This document shows, in pieces, positions 38,262 through 51,589 of a stretch of 64,000 nt of DNA. The stretch's first letter is position 1. Each line of letters starts with the position of its first letter. The notes beneath the pieces are model-generated. The model was not told where the DNA came from. It searched no databases and saw only the letters and a list, made by a program, of their open reading frames with translations. The position numbers and the translations under genes are program-made. Source of the stretch: the human T2T-CHM13v2.0 reference genome, Homo sapiens; assembly GCF_009914755.1 (NCBI RefSeq), contig NC_060932.1; one strand, written 5' to 3'.

Positions 38262-39749
38262 ACTGTTTCTTGTGGGAAAGTCAGCTTGGAGTGGAATATT
38301 CTTTGTGAAAAAATTGCTTTTCATCACCATATATTTAAGGGTGAGCAAGAAATTTACCGACCATGACTTGTTATAGGTTATGTAAATCTCTTTTCAGATT
38401 ATGACTCCATAGAGTTTTAAACTGAAATTTGCTGTTTCCATTCCCTAGGTGAATGTGGCATAGAGGGAGGCATATAATGTTGTTTTTAAAATTGACTCGC
38501 ATAGATGCTTATAGCTGACAGTGGCTCTTACGTTTCACTTTGATATTTTGGATAAATATGTCACTGGATAAAATGCAGTTGATTTGGCTCTGGAGCTCTT
38601 CTTGTAAAAATGTTTACCATGTAAAGGTACAGTACAATGAATGTAGACATTTTTATACGGGCATCAACAGCAAATGAATATGATTTGGAATGTTTGCCTA
38701 TTTCTTTTGTAGTAGTAGCTCTCTCCAAGAGATGTTCCTTTACATAGAGCCAAAATAATAGGATGTCTCAAGGTTAAAGCATTCATCTTCCTCAACTAGA
38801 GCACAAATGAAGTAGATTTCTATATCCTATACAAGCACTCTCAAAGCTTTGCTATTGCTTCATCTCTATTCATGAGAATTTTAAGAGACAAATTCTGGAA
38901 AGAAGGTATCTCTCTTTACATTGTCTTCTTGAAGGCTTTAAGTCTCCTTAGAATGCAGGACAGAATAAATAGCATTTCAAACACTGCATCTGTGTGTAGT
39001 TGGGGGGAAGAAAAAGCATTTTATTTCACTGTAAATTGTCCTAGAAGGAAATGAAGCCTGCTAAAATAATATTTGCAACTAAACTATGACAAAAAGAAAA
39101 ATGATACTATTTTTCTAGGCTTTATCATTGTAATTTTTCTGTGACTGCTATTATACTGAGATTCCTGCAGAAATGGCATAATTGGCCAATATATTTTAGG
39201 TGTAGGTGGAATAATTTTGTAGAAATTATTTGGGTACTGCTGCAAAATAATTTAGTTGTTAACTTTCTTTTATTTTCTCATTTTAGCATGTCTCAGCTCC
39301 TGACAAACTCTTTAAACCCTGTACAACCAGAAAAAATAAATATAATATGGCAGGGAGTTTAATAATAAAATTTGTAAGAAGCAGACATTGATTTATCCAA
39401 GTATTTATCCTATTAATTTTGGGGGGTAACAATAAAGGGTAATACAGATTTTCATATCCTTTGATCGACATTCACATGTTTGGAATTATAAATACTGTTA
39501 GATGTTGCAAGTAATTACTTAGAAATATTAAATATTTTAAATTATTAGCATACTAGATTTCTAATAAAAAACATAAAACAAAAGTATTGTTGGTCTAACA
39601 ACCATGTCTTTCAGCAGTAGGCACTTAAAATTTTATAGTTTTAGTAGGTAAAATAATACTAACTTAAAGTGAAATCGATCTAAAAAATAAAACATATCTA
39701 TACTGACTAAACTGAAGGAATATCATAATATACTATTTTTTCCCTTTAC

Positions 39750-40385
39750 CTTTAGCTGACACATAGTGATTGAACATATTTATGGGATACATGGTAATAT
39801 TTCAATACATATATGCAATACATAATGATCAAATCAGGGTAATTTGCATGTTCAGCACCTCAAACATTTATTATTTTTATTTCTTTGTGTTGAGAACATT
39901 CAAAATCTTCTCTTCCAGTTTTTGAGTGTATATAATAAATTATAGTTAATTATATTCACCCTACAGTGCTACAGAACAACAGAATTCATTCCTCTTATCT
40001 GTCTGTAACTTTGTATTTGTTAACCAACCTCTCTCCATTCTCTTACCCTCTACACTTCCCAGCTTCTAATATCCATAATTGTACTCCTACTACTATGCTT
40101 AGTTTTATTTTCACTTTCATATGAGTGAGAACATGTGGTGTTTTTCTTTCTGTGCCTGACTTATTTTGCTTAACATAATGTCCCCCAGGCTCATCCATGT
40201 TGCTGCAAATTACAGGATTTTATTCTCTTTTATGAATGCAGAGTATTTCGCTGTGTGTATATACCGCATTTTATTTTTTCATTTGTCTATTGATGGACAT
40301 TTATGTTGATTCCATATCTATCCCAGCTATTGTGAAGAGAGTTGCAATAAACATGGAGGTCAGCTATCCTTTTGATATGCTGATT
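39750..40385 (-). mobile_element. L1MA (L1MA4/5-like) 3' fragment
   Basis: catatttatgggatacatgg..aatgatcaaatcagggtaatt..gagtgagaacatgtgg..ttctgtgcctgacttattt. Confidence 0.9.
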
Positions 40386-41342
40386 GTATAATATACATAA
40401 ACCTTTAAAAGCAAAATTCAGGTTTTTAAAAAGCAAAATTCAATATTTGCAAAAGTAACAAATGTATAGGCATACATATAACTACTAGAGGTATATATGA
40501 TATATGAGATGTTTTTATGTACAGCAATAAAGGGACTGCATCAAGGTAGTGTATATCCAGGTATATGTGTATAGATTAACTATATACATTAACTTTTTAA
40601 ATAATTCTCTTTACAGTTTTACTTGTTACCACAAGCATGTAATACCTTTGCAATTAAGAATAAATAAGTAATAAAGAAAACACATGCAACTATGAAACAG
40701 AGAGCATAAGTGGAAAGATCAAGTATGCCCTACTGTGTTTGTGTTTGAAGTGTGCCTGCTTTCTTTCCATTTTTTCTCAATAGGCATAATTAAAATTAGT
40801 ATCTATAATATTAATTGAAATACAATCTTATAAATTACAGGTTTTACCTCATTCTTATTAATCAAAATGAACTTACTAAATACATTCCCATACATCAATT
40901 TTTTCACATTATAAATTATTTTATATCTAAAATGAGTTTTAAAATGCTCTTATACAGAGAATATATTATCTTTGTCTTCTTAAGCTGTGATAACTTTTTA
41001 AATTCAATGTAGCCTCTCTACACCATGAATGATTTTTATTTTTGCCCTTTAAAAGAGAAGTTTGAGTTACAAATATTTTGAAAAGTGGTTCAGCTGTCTA
41101 AATAATAGTAATGAATTTTCCCCAGCAATTTTGCTTTTTTGAATTTAATCATGCTCTAAGACACACTTAATTTGTGGATTATAGCTTTGAACAATACAAT
41201 CACCAGCACATTTACAGACTGCTGTGGACATTATTTAAAAGTCAAAGAAAGAGAAGGTCAGCAGAAATGCTGCACTCAGTATCAGTGAAGAATACATGAT
41301 CAATAGTCAAGACTGTTTACAAACATGTTCATATATTTTTAA

Positions 41343-41460
41343 ATTCATTTACTTAACAAATGTTTATTGCATGCCTACTATGTTTCACATACTGACTGTG
41401 CTAGAATTTAGTCTTATACGGATGAGCCAGTGCAGATTTGTCCTGTCCTCACAGAGCTTT
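41343..41460 (-). mobile_element. L2 3'-end fragment
   Basis: ttcatttacttaacaaatgtttattgcatgcctactatg...tcctgtcctcacagagctt. Confidence 0.65.
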
Positions 41461-41474
41461 TAAGAATAAATGGG

Positions 41475-41770
41475 ACTGGAAACCATCATTCTCAGCAAAC
41501 TATCGCAAGGACAAAAAACCAAACACCGTATGTTCTCACTCATAGGTGGGAATTGAACAATGAGAACACATGGACACAGGAAGGGGAACATCACACACCG
41601 AGGACTGCTGTGGGGAGTGGTGAGGGATAGCATTAGGATATATACCTAATGTTAAATGACAAGTTAATGGGTGCAACACACCAACATGGCACATGTATAC
41701 ATATGTAACAAACCTGCATGTCGTGCACATGTACCCTAAAACTTAAAGTATAATTAAAAAAAAAAAAAAA
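41475..41770 (+). mobile_element. Young L1PA (L1PA3-5-like) 3' fragment, ~295 bp, with poly-A
   Basis: ctggaaaccatcattctcagcaaactatcgcaaggacaaaaaaccaaacaccg...accctaaaacttaaagtataat plus A-tail. TSD aaga(a/g)taaatggg. Confidence 0.95.
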
Positions 41771-41931
41771 GAGTAAATGGGCTGGGCCAAGATGGCCGAT
41801 TAGAAGCAGCTGCAGTCTGCAGAACTCACAGAGAGGAACAAAAGTGGTGAGTGAATACAGCACCTTCAACTGAAATATCCAGGTACTCACATTGGAACTG
41901 ATTAGTAAAACAAGTTGATCCTCCGAGAATG

Positions 41932-43013
41932 TGTTGCGGGAAGTCAGGGACCCTGAACAGAGGGACCTGCTTAAGCCATGACAGAAGAATATAAATTGTG
42001 AAGATTTCATGGACATTTGTTAGTTCTCCAAATTAATACTTTTATTATTTCTTACGCCTGTCTTTACTGCAATCTCTGAACACAAATTGTGAAGATTTCA
42101 TGGACATTTATCACTTCCCTAATCAATACTCTTATAATTTCCTATGCCTATCTTTACTTTAATCTCTTAATCCCGTCATCTTCGTAAGCTGAGGATGTAT
42201 GTCGCCTCAGGACACTGTGATGATTGCGTTAACTACACAAATTGTTTGTAAAGCATCTGTGTTTAAACAATATGAAATCTGGGCACCTTGAAAAAAGAAC
42301 AGGATAACAGTGATGTTCAGGGAACAAGGGAGATAACCACTGGGCCTGACTGCCTGAGGGGCCAAGCAGGACAGAGCCGTATTTCTCTTATTACCGAAAA
42401 TGGGTAAGAGAAATATCGCTGAATTCTTTCCCCAGTAAGGAATATTAATAATTAACAACCCTGGGAAAAGAATGCATTCCCGGGGGGTCCTCTAAAATAG
42501 CTGCTCTCGGGGGTGTCTGCCTTATGCAGTTGCAGATAAGGGATGAAACACGCCCTGGCCTCCTGCATCGCACCCAGGCTTGCTAGGATTAGGAAATTCT
42601 CTGGCAAATTCTAGTCAGACCGGTTCTCTGCTCTTGAACTCTGTTAAGATGTTTATCAATGACAGTGCATGCACAGCAGGACATGAAACTTCATTAGTAA
42701 TTCTAGTTTCACACTGACCTTGTGATCTCACCCTGACCTTCTGCCTTGTGATATTTTGTTGCCCTTGAAGCGTGTGATCTCTGTGACCCACACCCTATTC
42801 CTACACTCCCTCCCGTTTAAAAATCGCTAATAAAAACTTGCTGGTTTTATGGCTCAGCGGGCATCACGGAACCTGCCGACATGTGATGTCTCCCCCGGAC
42901 ACCCAGTTTTAAAATTTCTCTCTTTTATACTCTTTCCCATTATTTCTCAGACAGGCCAACACTTAGGGGAAATAGAAAAGAACCTACGTTGAATTATTGG
43001 GGGCTGGTTCCCC
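41932..43013 (+). mobile_element. MER11 (HERV-K11/HML-8) solo LTR, ~1.08 kb
   Basis: Starts tgttgcgggaagtcagggaccc. Repeated aaattgtgaagatttcatggacattt (~41994, ~42084), poly-A signal gctaataaaaacttgctgg, end aattattgggggctggttcccc. Confidence 0.93.
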
Positions 43014-44305
43014 AGAACCAGAAAAGAAAAGCAGGGTGGGGTGATGGCCCACCCAGGAGCTACATGGAGCCAAGAGAACCCCCTACTTCCAGTCATGGGA
43101 AGGAGTAAGTGATTGTACAACCCTGGGAAACCACACTTCTCCCATGGATCTTTGCAACCCATGGATCTGGAGATACCCTTGTGAGCCCACATCACCACAG
43201 CCTTGGATCCAACACACAGAGCTGTCTGGAGTCTTGGCAGAGCAGCTGCTCAGGAACACACAGAGACCCATTATCTTTACATACTCTGGCCCCTGTTACT
43301 CCCAACAAATGTGTCTGCAACTCAGGGAAGGCTGGAGGTCTCCACATACCCCTGGGAAGGGGGCTAAGTCCAGGGAGTCAAGCAGCATTGTTCTGTGGGC
43401 CCTACTTCCATAGCACTTCACAAGATAAGACCCAGTGGTTTGGAATTCCAGCCAGCCACAAGCAACAGGGTGGAGCCTGCCTGAGACAGAACAGAGGTCC
43501 CAGGGGGAGGGCTAGGCACCATCTCTGCTGTTTGGTAGAATCAGCTGAATTGGTCAAATTTTTGCCTGAGGGTTTTGGAGAGCCCGGAGTCCAGATAAGG
43601 AAGAGTCCCCCCGAAGCACAGCACAGCAGCTTTGCCAGATCATGGCTAGCATGCTTCTTCAAGCACAACCCAGATCTACTTCTCGTCACCAGGGTGGGTC
43701 CTCCCAGCCTGCACTTCCAGCCACCTCTAATTGTATTCTAGAGCCAGCAGTGCCCTAATTTCTCACTGGGATGGAGTGCCTGTGGAGTGGAGCAGACTGC
43801 TGCCACGTTGACCATTCAGGCTTCTAAGCTGGTCCAACCTGTGGTCCTTGGAGAGCCCAAAGCAATCAGGGGCTGAAGGGATCACCAACAGAGCACAGCA
43901 GCTCCTCCAAAAAGCAGCCAGACTACTTCTTTAACAGGTTTTGGATTCCATTCCTTTTGACTGGGTGAGAGCTGCCAACTGGGGTCTCCAGCCATCTCCT
44001 ACAGGTGCATTCAGGCTGGCAATAAGTCAGCACCCCTGGGACAGAGCTTCCAGAAGAAGGGGTAGACTACCATCTTTGCTGTTTCACAGCCTTCACTGGT
44101 GATACTTCCAAGTATGGGAAAAAACCAAGGCAACTAGGATCTGGAGTAGACCCCCAAAAAACCACAACAGTCCTACAGAAGAGTGGCCAGAGTGTTAAAA
44201 GATAAAGAAACAAACAGAAAATAAGAACAACAACAACAACAAACCGCAAAACTCCCATTCAAAGGTCAGCAACCCCAAAGATTGAAAGTAGATAAGTCCA
44301 CAAAG

Positions 44306-45330
44306 ATGAGAAAGACTCAATGCAAAAATGCTTTAAACTCAAAAGGCCAGAGTGCCTCTTTCCCTCCAAATGACCACAACATCTCCCTAGCAAAAACTCA
44401 AAATTGGACTGAGGCTGAGAGGGCTGAAATGACAGGGGTAGGCTCCAGGATGTGGATAACAATGAACTTTGCTGAGGTAAAAGAGCATGTTACAACCCGA
44501 TGAAAAGAAGCTAAGAATCATAATAAAACAATACAGGGGCTGACAGACAAAATAGCCAGCTTAGAGAGCAATATAACCAACCTGTTAGAGCTGAAAAACA
44601 CACTACAGAAGTTTCACAATGGAATCACAAGTATTAATAGCAGAATAGAACAAGTGGAGGAAAGAATCTCAGAGTTTGAAGACTAGCTTGCTGAAATAAG
44701 ACAGACAGACAAGATTAGAGAAAAAAGAATGAAAAAAACCTCTGAGAAATATGAGATTATGTAAAGAGACTGAATCTATGACTCATTGCGGTACCTGAAA
44801 GAGATGGGGAGAATAGAACCAAGTTGAAATATATACTTCAGGATATCATCCAGGAGAACTTCCCCAACTTAGCAACACAGGCCAACATTCAAATTCAGAA
44901 AATGCAGAAAACCCCAGTAAGATACTCTATAAGAAGATCAACCTCAAGACACATAATCATCAAACTCTCCAAGGTCAATATGAAAGAAAAAAATATGTTA
45001 ATGGCAGCCAGAGAGAAAGGCTAGGTCACCTGCAAAGGGAAGCCCATCAGACTAACAGCAGACTTCTCAGCAGAAACCCTACAAGCCAGAAGATATTGGA
45101 AGCTAATACCCAACATTCTTAAAGAAAAGAATTTCATACCCAGAATTTTTTATCCAGCAAAACTTAGCTTCATAAGCAAAGGAGAATAAAAGAACCTTTT
45201 CAGACATGTAAATGCTGAGGAAATTTCTTACCACCCAAACTGTGTCTCAAGAGCTCCTGAAAGAAGTGTTAAATATGAAAAGGAAAACTATTACCAGTCA
45301 CTACAAAAACACATTCAAGGACACAGACAA
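44306..45330 (+). pseudogene. Disrupted L1 ORF1 (RNA-binding protein) remnant
   Basis: MRKTQCKNALNSKGQSA.. and LQDIIQENFPNLATQANIQIQ..RHIIIK fragments, with multiple stops and frameshifts. Confidence 0.85.
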
Positions 45331-45384
45331 GTAACACTATGAAGCAACCACATAGACAAGTCTGCAAAATAACCAGATAGCATC

Positions 45385-48300
45385 ATGATGACAGAATCAA
45401 ATCCACACATAACAATAATCTTAAATATAAATGGGCTAAATGCCTCAATTAAAAGTCACAGAATAGCAAGCTGAATAAAGAGCCAAGACCCATCTGTATG
45501 CTGTCTGAAAAAGACTCATCTCATACGTGAAGACACACATAGGCTCAAAATAAAAGGATGGAGGAAAATTTACCAAGCAAATGGAAAAACAAAAGCACGG
45601 GTTGCAATCCTAGTTTTTGACAAAACAGACTTTAACCAACAAAGATAAAAAATAGAAAGAAGGGCATGTCATAATGATAAATAGTTTAATTCAACAAGAA
45701 GAGCTAACTATCAAAAATAGATATGCACCCAATACAGAAAAACACAGATTCATAAAGTAAGTTCTTAGAGACTTTCAAAGAGACTTCAACTCCCACACAA
45801 TAATGGTGAGAGACTTTAACACCTCACTGACGATATTAGATCATCAAGACAGAAAATTTACAAAGACATTAAGGACCTGAACTCAGCTCTGGGGCAAGGG
45901 AACCTTAATGATATCTAGAAAACTCTCCACTCCAAAACAACAAAATATACATTCTTCTCATTGCCACATAGCACTCACTCTAAAATTGATCACATAATCA
46001 GAAGTAAAATATTTCTCAGCAAATGCAAAAGAATTGAAATAATAACAAAAAGTTTCTTGGACCACAAAGCAATCAAATTAGAACTCAAGATTTGAAAATT
46101 CACTCAAAACCACACAACTAAATGGAAATTGAACAACCTTGTCCTGAATGACTCTTGGGTAAATAATTAAATTAAGGCAGAAATCAAGAAGGTCTTTGAA
46201 ACTAATGAGGACAAAGAGACAATATACTAGAATCTCTGGAATGCAGCTAAAGCAATGTTAAGAGGGAAGTTTATAGCACTAAACACCCACATCAGAAAGC
46301 TAGAAAGATTTCAAGTTAACAACTTAACATCACCACTAAAAGAACCAGAGAACCAAGAGCAAACAAACCCCAAAGCTAGTAGAAGAGAAGAAATAACCAA
46401 GATCAGAGCTAAACTGAAGGAGATAGAGACATGAAAAACTCATTAAAAAATCAATGATTCAAGGAGCTGGTTTTTTGAAAAAAGTTAATAAAATAGAAAC
46501 ACTGCTAGCTACCCTAATGAAGAATAAAAGAGAGAAGATTCAAATAAATACAATCAAGAATGATAAGAGGAATATTACCACTGACCCCACAGAAATACAA
46601 ACAACCATCAGAGAATATTATAAACAACTCTATGCACATAAATTACAAAATCTAGAAAAAAATGGATAAATTCCTGGACATGTACACCCTCCCAAAAATG
46701 AACCAGGAAGAAATTACATTCCTGAATGGACCAATAATGAGTTCTGAAATTCAAGCAGTAATAAATAGCCTACCAACCAAAAAAAAGCCCAGGACCAGAT
46801 GGATTCAAGCTGAATTCTACCAGAGGTACAAAGAAGAGCTGCTACCATTCCTACTAAAACTATTTCAAAACATTGAAAAGGAGGGACTCCTCCCTTACTC
46901 ATTCTATGCAGCCAGCATCATACTGATACCAAAACCTTGCAGACATACAGTAAAAAAGAGAAAATTTCAAGCTAATATCCTTGATGAACATTGATGCAAA
47001 AATCTTCAACAAAATACTGGCAAACCAAATCTAGCAGCACATCATAAATCTTAGCCACCATGAGCAAGCAGGCTTCCTTCCTGCAATGCAAGGTCTGTTC
47101 ACCATAAGCAAATCAATAAATGTGGTTCATCACATAAACAGAACTAAAGACAAAAACATCATCATTATCTCAAAAGATGAAAAAAGGGCCTTCAGTAAAA
47201 TTGAACATCCTTTCATGTTAAAAACTCTCAATAAACTCAGTATTGAAGGAACATATCTCAAAATAATAAGAGCCATCTATGACAACCCCACAGCCATCAT
47301 CATACTGAATGGGCAGATGCTGGAAATGTTCCCCTTAAAAACTGGCACAAGACAAGGATGCCCTCTCTCACCACTGCTCTTCAACAGAATATTGGAAGTT
47401 CTGGCTAGGGCAATCAGGCAAGAGAAAGAAGTAAAGGGTATTCAAGTAGGAAGAGAGGAAGTCAAACTATCTTTGTTTGCAGATGATAAGATCCTATATC
47501 TAGAAAATCCCATCGTCTCAGCCCAAATCTTCTTAAGCTGATAAGCAACTTCAGCAAAATCTCAGAATACAAAATCAATGTGCAAAATCTCAGAATACAA
47601 AATCAATTATCATTCCTATACAACAACAACAGGCAAGCAGAGAGGCAAATTATAAATTAACTTCCATTCACAATTTCCACAAAAATAATAAAATGCCTAG
47701 GAATACAGCTAACAAGGGAAGTGAAGGACCTCTTCAAGGAGAACTACAAACTGCTGCTGAAAGAAATCAGAAAGGACACAAAGAAATGGAAAAACATTCT
47801 ATGCTCATGGATAGGCAGAATCAATATAGTGAAAATGGCCATATTGCCAAAGCAATTTATAGATTCAATGACATTCCCATTAAACTATCATCATTGATAT
47901 TATTCACAGAATTAGCAAAAACTATTTTAAAATTCATATGCAACCAAAAAGGAGCTCGAATAGCCAAGACAACTGTAAGCAAAAAGAGCAAGGCTACAGG
48001 CATCACTCTACCCAACTTCAAACTATGCAAGGCTACAGTAACCAAAACAGCATGGTACTGGTACAAGAACAGACACATAGACCAATGGAAAAGGATAGGG
48101 AATCCAGAAATAAAACCACACACCTACAACTATCTGATCTTCAACAAATTTGACAAAAACAAGGAATGGAGAAATGATTATTTAATAAATAGTGCTGGGA
48201 GAACTGGCTAGCCATACTCATAAAATTGAAACCGGATCCCTTCCTTACACCATATCCAAAATCAACTCAAGATGGATTAAAGACTTAAATGTATAACCCA

Positions 48301-49211
48301 AAACTATAAAAACCCTATAAAAAACATTTGGCAATACCACTCAGGACATATGCACAGGTGAAGATTTCATGATGGAGATGCCAAAAGTAATTGCAATAAA
48401 AGCAAAAATTGACAAATGGGATCCAACTTAACTAAAGCGTTTCTGTACAGCAAAAGAAAATATCATCAGAGTGAACAGACAACCTACAGAACGGGAGAAA
48501 ATTTTTGTAATCCATCCATCTGACAGAGGTCTAATATCCAGCATCTATAAGGAACTTAAACAAATCTACCAGAAAAGTACAAACAACCCTGTTAAAACCT
48601 GGGCAAAGAACGTGAACAGACACTTTTCAAAAGAAGGTATACATGTGGCCAACAAATACATGAAAACAAGCTCAACATCACTGATCATTAGAGAAAAGCA
48701 AACCTAAACCACAATGAGATACCATCTCACACCAGTCAGAATGGCTATTATCAAAGTGTCAAAAAATAACAGATGCTGGAGAGGTTTCAGAGAAAAAGAA
48801 ACACATACCATCTTTGGGAGTGCAAATTAGTCCAACCATTATAGAAAACAGTGTGGCAATTCCTCAAAGACCTAAAAATAGAACTACCATTCAACTCAGC
48901 AATCCCATTACTGAGTATATACATCCAAGGGAATATAAATCATTCTATTATAAGGACACATGCACGCGTATGTTCATTGCAGCACTATTCACAATAGCAA
49001 AGACATGGAATCAACCTAAATGCCCATCAATGATAGATCAGATAAAGAAAATGCGGTATGTATACACCATGGAATACTATGTGATCATAAAACGGAATGA
49101 GATCATGTCATTTGCAGGACATGATTGGAGCTAGAAGCCATTATCTTCAGCAGACTAACACAGGAACAGAAAACCAAATACTGCATGTTCTCACTTATAA
49201 GTGGGAGCTGA
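45385..49211 (+). pseudogene. Disrupted L1 ORF2 (endonuclease/reverse transcriptase) remnant
   Basis: Fragments [12 protein letters not shown].., [45 protein letters not shown], broken into many short ORFs. Confidence 0.9.
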
Positions 49212-49639
49212 ATGATGAGAATACATGGATACATGGGGCGGAATGACACATACTGGGGCCTGTCAGAGGGTAGGGGGTAGAAGAAGAGAGAGCATCAGGA
49301 AGAGTAGCTGATTGATGCTGGGCTAAATATCTAGGTGATGGGATGATCTGTGCAGCAAACCACCATGACACACATTTACCTTTGTAAAAAACCTGCACAT
49401 CCTGCACATGTACCCTTGAATTTAAAATAAAAAATTGGAAAGAAAAGAATTAATGAAATATCACAGAAGCTTTTTCCTTTGACCACTATTTTACTGATAT
49501 CACTGAATGTCTGATACTCTCCATTACTCTATAAAACTTACTGTGGCACAAGCCATGGCTAAGTAGTTGGTAAGAGTAGGCTACTCACTAATATGATCAC
49601 TTCCTTTTATTCCCTCCCATTGAATTATGTACTTATCAG

Positions 49640-49860
49640 TTGAGTTTGCTTTTAAACCCATTTATTCCAGTTGTACTTGTTATTGTAATTATGTAATTTA
49701 ATTAACTATAACTTGAACTAACACAATGTGATTGCAAATAGAAAAGTATTCCTTTGAATCTAAGAATGATGTTTTGGAAAGAATTGGTAAAAGTGAATTA
49801 CTGGGAATAGCCACAAAGACCTAGTATTAAAGATCAGAAAACAAATCTATCTTTGAGCGT
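49640..49860 (+). mobile_element. Possible ancient Tigger (pogo) fragment
   Basis: gcaaatagaaaagtatt...gttttggaaagaattggtaaaagtgaatt resembles the Tigger transposase N-terminal coding region (from recall). Confidence 0.35.
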
Positions 49861-49879
49861 AAATGATTTTTGAGTCAAT

Positions 49880-50360
49880 ATATGTGGGGCATGTGGGGCA
49901 ATTACAGGAAGGAAATATTTGGGGCAGAAGCGGATGGAGAATCTTTCTTAAAAAGAAAGAATAACATGTGAAACACCTCTATGCAGAAAAAGTTCTATGG
50001 CATTTTTGTGAGAAGGCTAGAGAAATAAAAGAAAGTGAGGGGAAAAGGAGTAAAAAATAATGCATTAGAGTAGGAAGGATCCAGATCATGCATTAACTTG
50101 AAGGCCACATTAAAGACTTTGGTTTTTGACCTAAGGACACTGGGAAGCCTTTGAAAGTCACAACATGACATGATTGGACCTGCCTGTTAAACAGACTGGC
50201 TATGTAATGCTAGAATGCGGAACAACTGTGGGAAGAAAAAGTGGGGGTGGAGCAACTGGTTAGAAGTCTGAAGAATCCAGGTAGAAGGTGAAAGACTAGG
50301 TTGCTTGTGATTAGGTGCAAAAGAGGCAGACATATTCAAGAGATTTGGGAGAATGAGTAT
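49880..50360 (-). mobile_element. L2 fragment
   Basis: ccagatcatgcattaacttgaaggccacattaaagactttggtttttgacctaaggacactgggaagcctttgaa. Confidence 0.7.
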
Positions 50361-51131
50361 TTAGTTGCCTTATACCATATACAGACACATTCACCTCCCT
50401 ACCCCTCCATGTATTAATAGAGTTATAAAAATTTTAAAATCAATATTTAATGTTTTCACTATTATATGTAAATGTTGACCTTCACAACTGAGCAATGTAG
50501 CATACTATAGTTCTTTTATTATGCAACTTTTGTTCTCTTTGGTGTCAATAATTTTTTATATACTTAATTGTTTCAATAACTACAACTAATTTATTGTTGT
50601 GATCTCGTCCAAAGCTGTATAAACTTCCTCAGTCAGCTCAAAATACATCAGGTAACTTAGTGTCAATATCTTCTTTTGAAGACCTCTTATTGGTCTCCTC
50701 CAATATATAGTAATTGCTAAGTAGTCCTATAACACAGCTGTTGTTATATTCTCCCTTTACTCTCATTTTAGAAACTCATTTTACTTTCCTCCTATGTTAT
50801 TACATCTGTGTTTTCTTTTTTGTTGTTGTTAATGTTCTTATTTGAAGAACTCTAATGTCCAGCAGCCCCTGAGAAACTATGTATAGAGAAGAATACTTTA
50901 GCAAATTTGCATATCTGAAAATGCCTTTATTCTAACCTCACAATTCATTGATATTTTGGCTGGATATAAAATTATAAGTTGGAAATAGTTTACGTATTAG
51001 ACATAAAATCATAGGTTTAAAATTTTGAAGGCATTTATTTTTGTTTTTTCAGCTTCTAATATTGCAAGCAAAAAATCTGATTTCTGGTACTTTGACGTAC
51101 CTTCATGTATTTTTTTTCCTACAAACTTTTT

Positions 51132-51589
51132 TATGATGATTCATTTTATGTATCAACTCAACCAGGTTAAGGAATGCCCAGATAGCTGGTAAAACATTAT
51201 TTTTGCATGTGTCTATGAGGGCGTTTCCAGAAGAAATTAGTATTTGTTTCAGTATACTGAGTAAAGAAGGTCCACCCTCAATGCAGGTGGGCATCAATCA
51301 ATCCATGTAAAGCCTGCATAGCACAGAAAGGTGGACAAAGGAAGAAATCTTTCTCTCTTCTTCGACTGAGAAATCCATTTTCTCCTGGCCTAGACACGCA
51401 GCTCCTGATTCTTAGGCCTGTGGACTCTGAGAGTGAATACCAGTGGTTTTCCTGGTTCCCTACCTGTAGACAGTAGACTGTGGGACTTCTCAGCCTCCAT
51501 AATTAAGTGAGCCAATTCTCCTGATAAATCTCCTCTTCTATGTCTACATATATCCTATTGTTTCTGTTTTCCTGAAGAACCCTATTACA
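51132..51589 (+). mobile_element. MLT2 (MLT2D/B-like, ERV-L) solo LTR
   Basis: tatgatgattcattttatgtatcaactc..cccagatagctggtaaaacattatt...cctattgtttctgttttcctgaagaaccctattaca. Approximate 5-bp T-rich TSD. Confidence 0.92.

Larger units (their letters stand above)
41782..49444 (+). mobile_element. Full-length decayed L1PA (L1PA11-13/L1PREC2-like), 5'UTR interrupted by MER11
   Basis: 5' gggccaagatggccgattagaagcagctg. ORF1 and ORF2 remnants are collinear. 3'UTR gagagcatcaggaag..gatgggatgatctgtgcagcaaaccacc. Confidence 0.95.

Noticed and set aside
38340-39200. Possible exon(s) after acceptor-like tctcttttcag / ccattccctag
   Set aside because: I found no convincing donor or recognisable reading frame, so an exon cannot be supported from sequence alone.
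27635-41782. Two full-length L1s diverging around a 14-kb core as a composite unit
   Set aside because: They are different subfamilies and ages, each with its own apparent TSD, so they are independent insertions.
41994-42112. 26-bp direct repeat with spacer (CRISPR-like appearance)
   Set aside because: There are only two copies, it is an internal feature of MER11 LTRs, and the context is eukaryotic with no cas genes.
43109-43741. 210-aa ORF, the longest in the window
   Set aside because: It lies in the GC-richer L1 5'UTR, starts at a non-ATG codon and has no recognisable domain. Most likely a chance ORF.
43560-44000. Diverged internal duplication in the L1 5'UTR
   Set aside because: Repeated segments are an expected feature of older L1PA/L1PB 5'UTRs. 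The same applies to ~27170 versus ~27480.
46454-49134. RT/ORF2-like ORFs as a functional reverse transcriptase system
   Set aside because: They are collinear fragments of one dead L1 with many stops and frameshifts, not a novel RT system.
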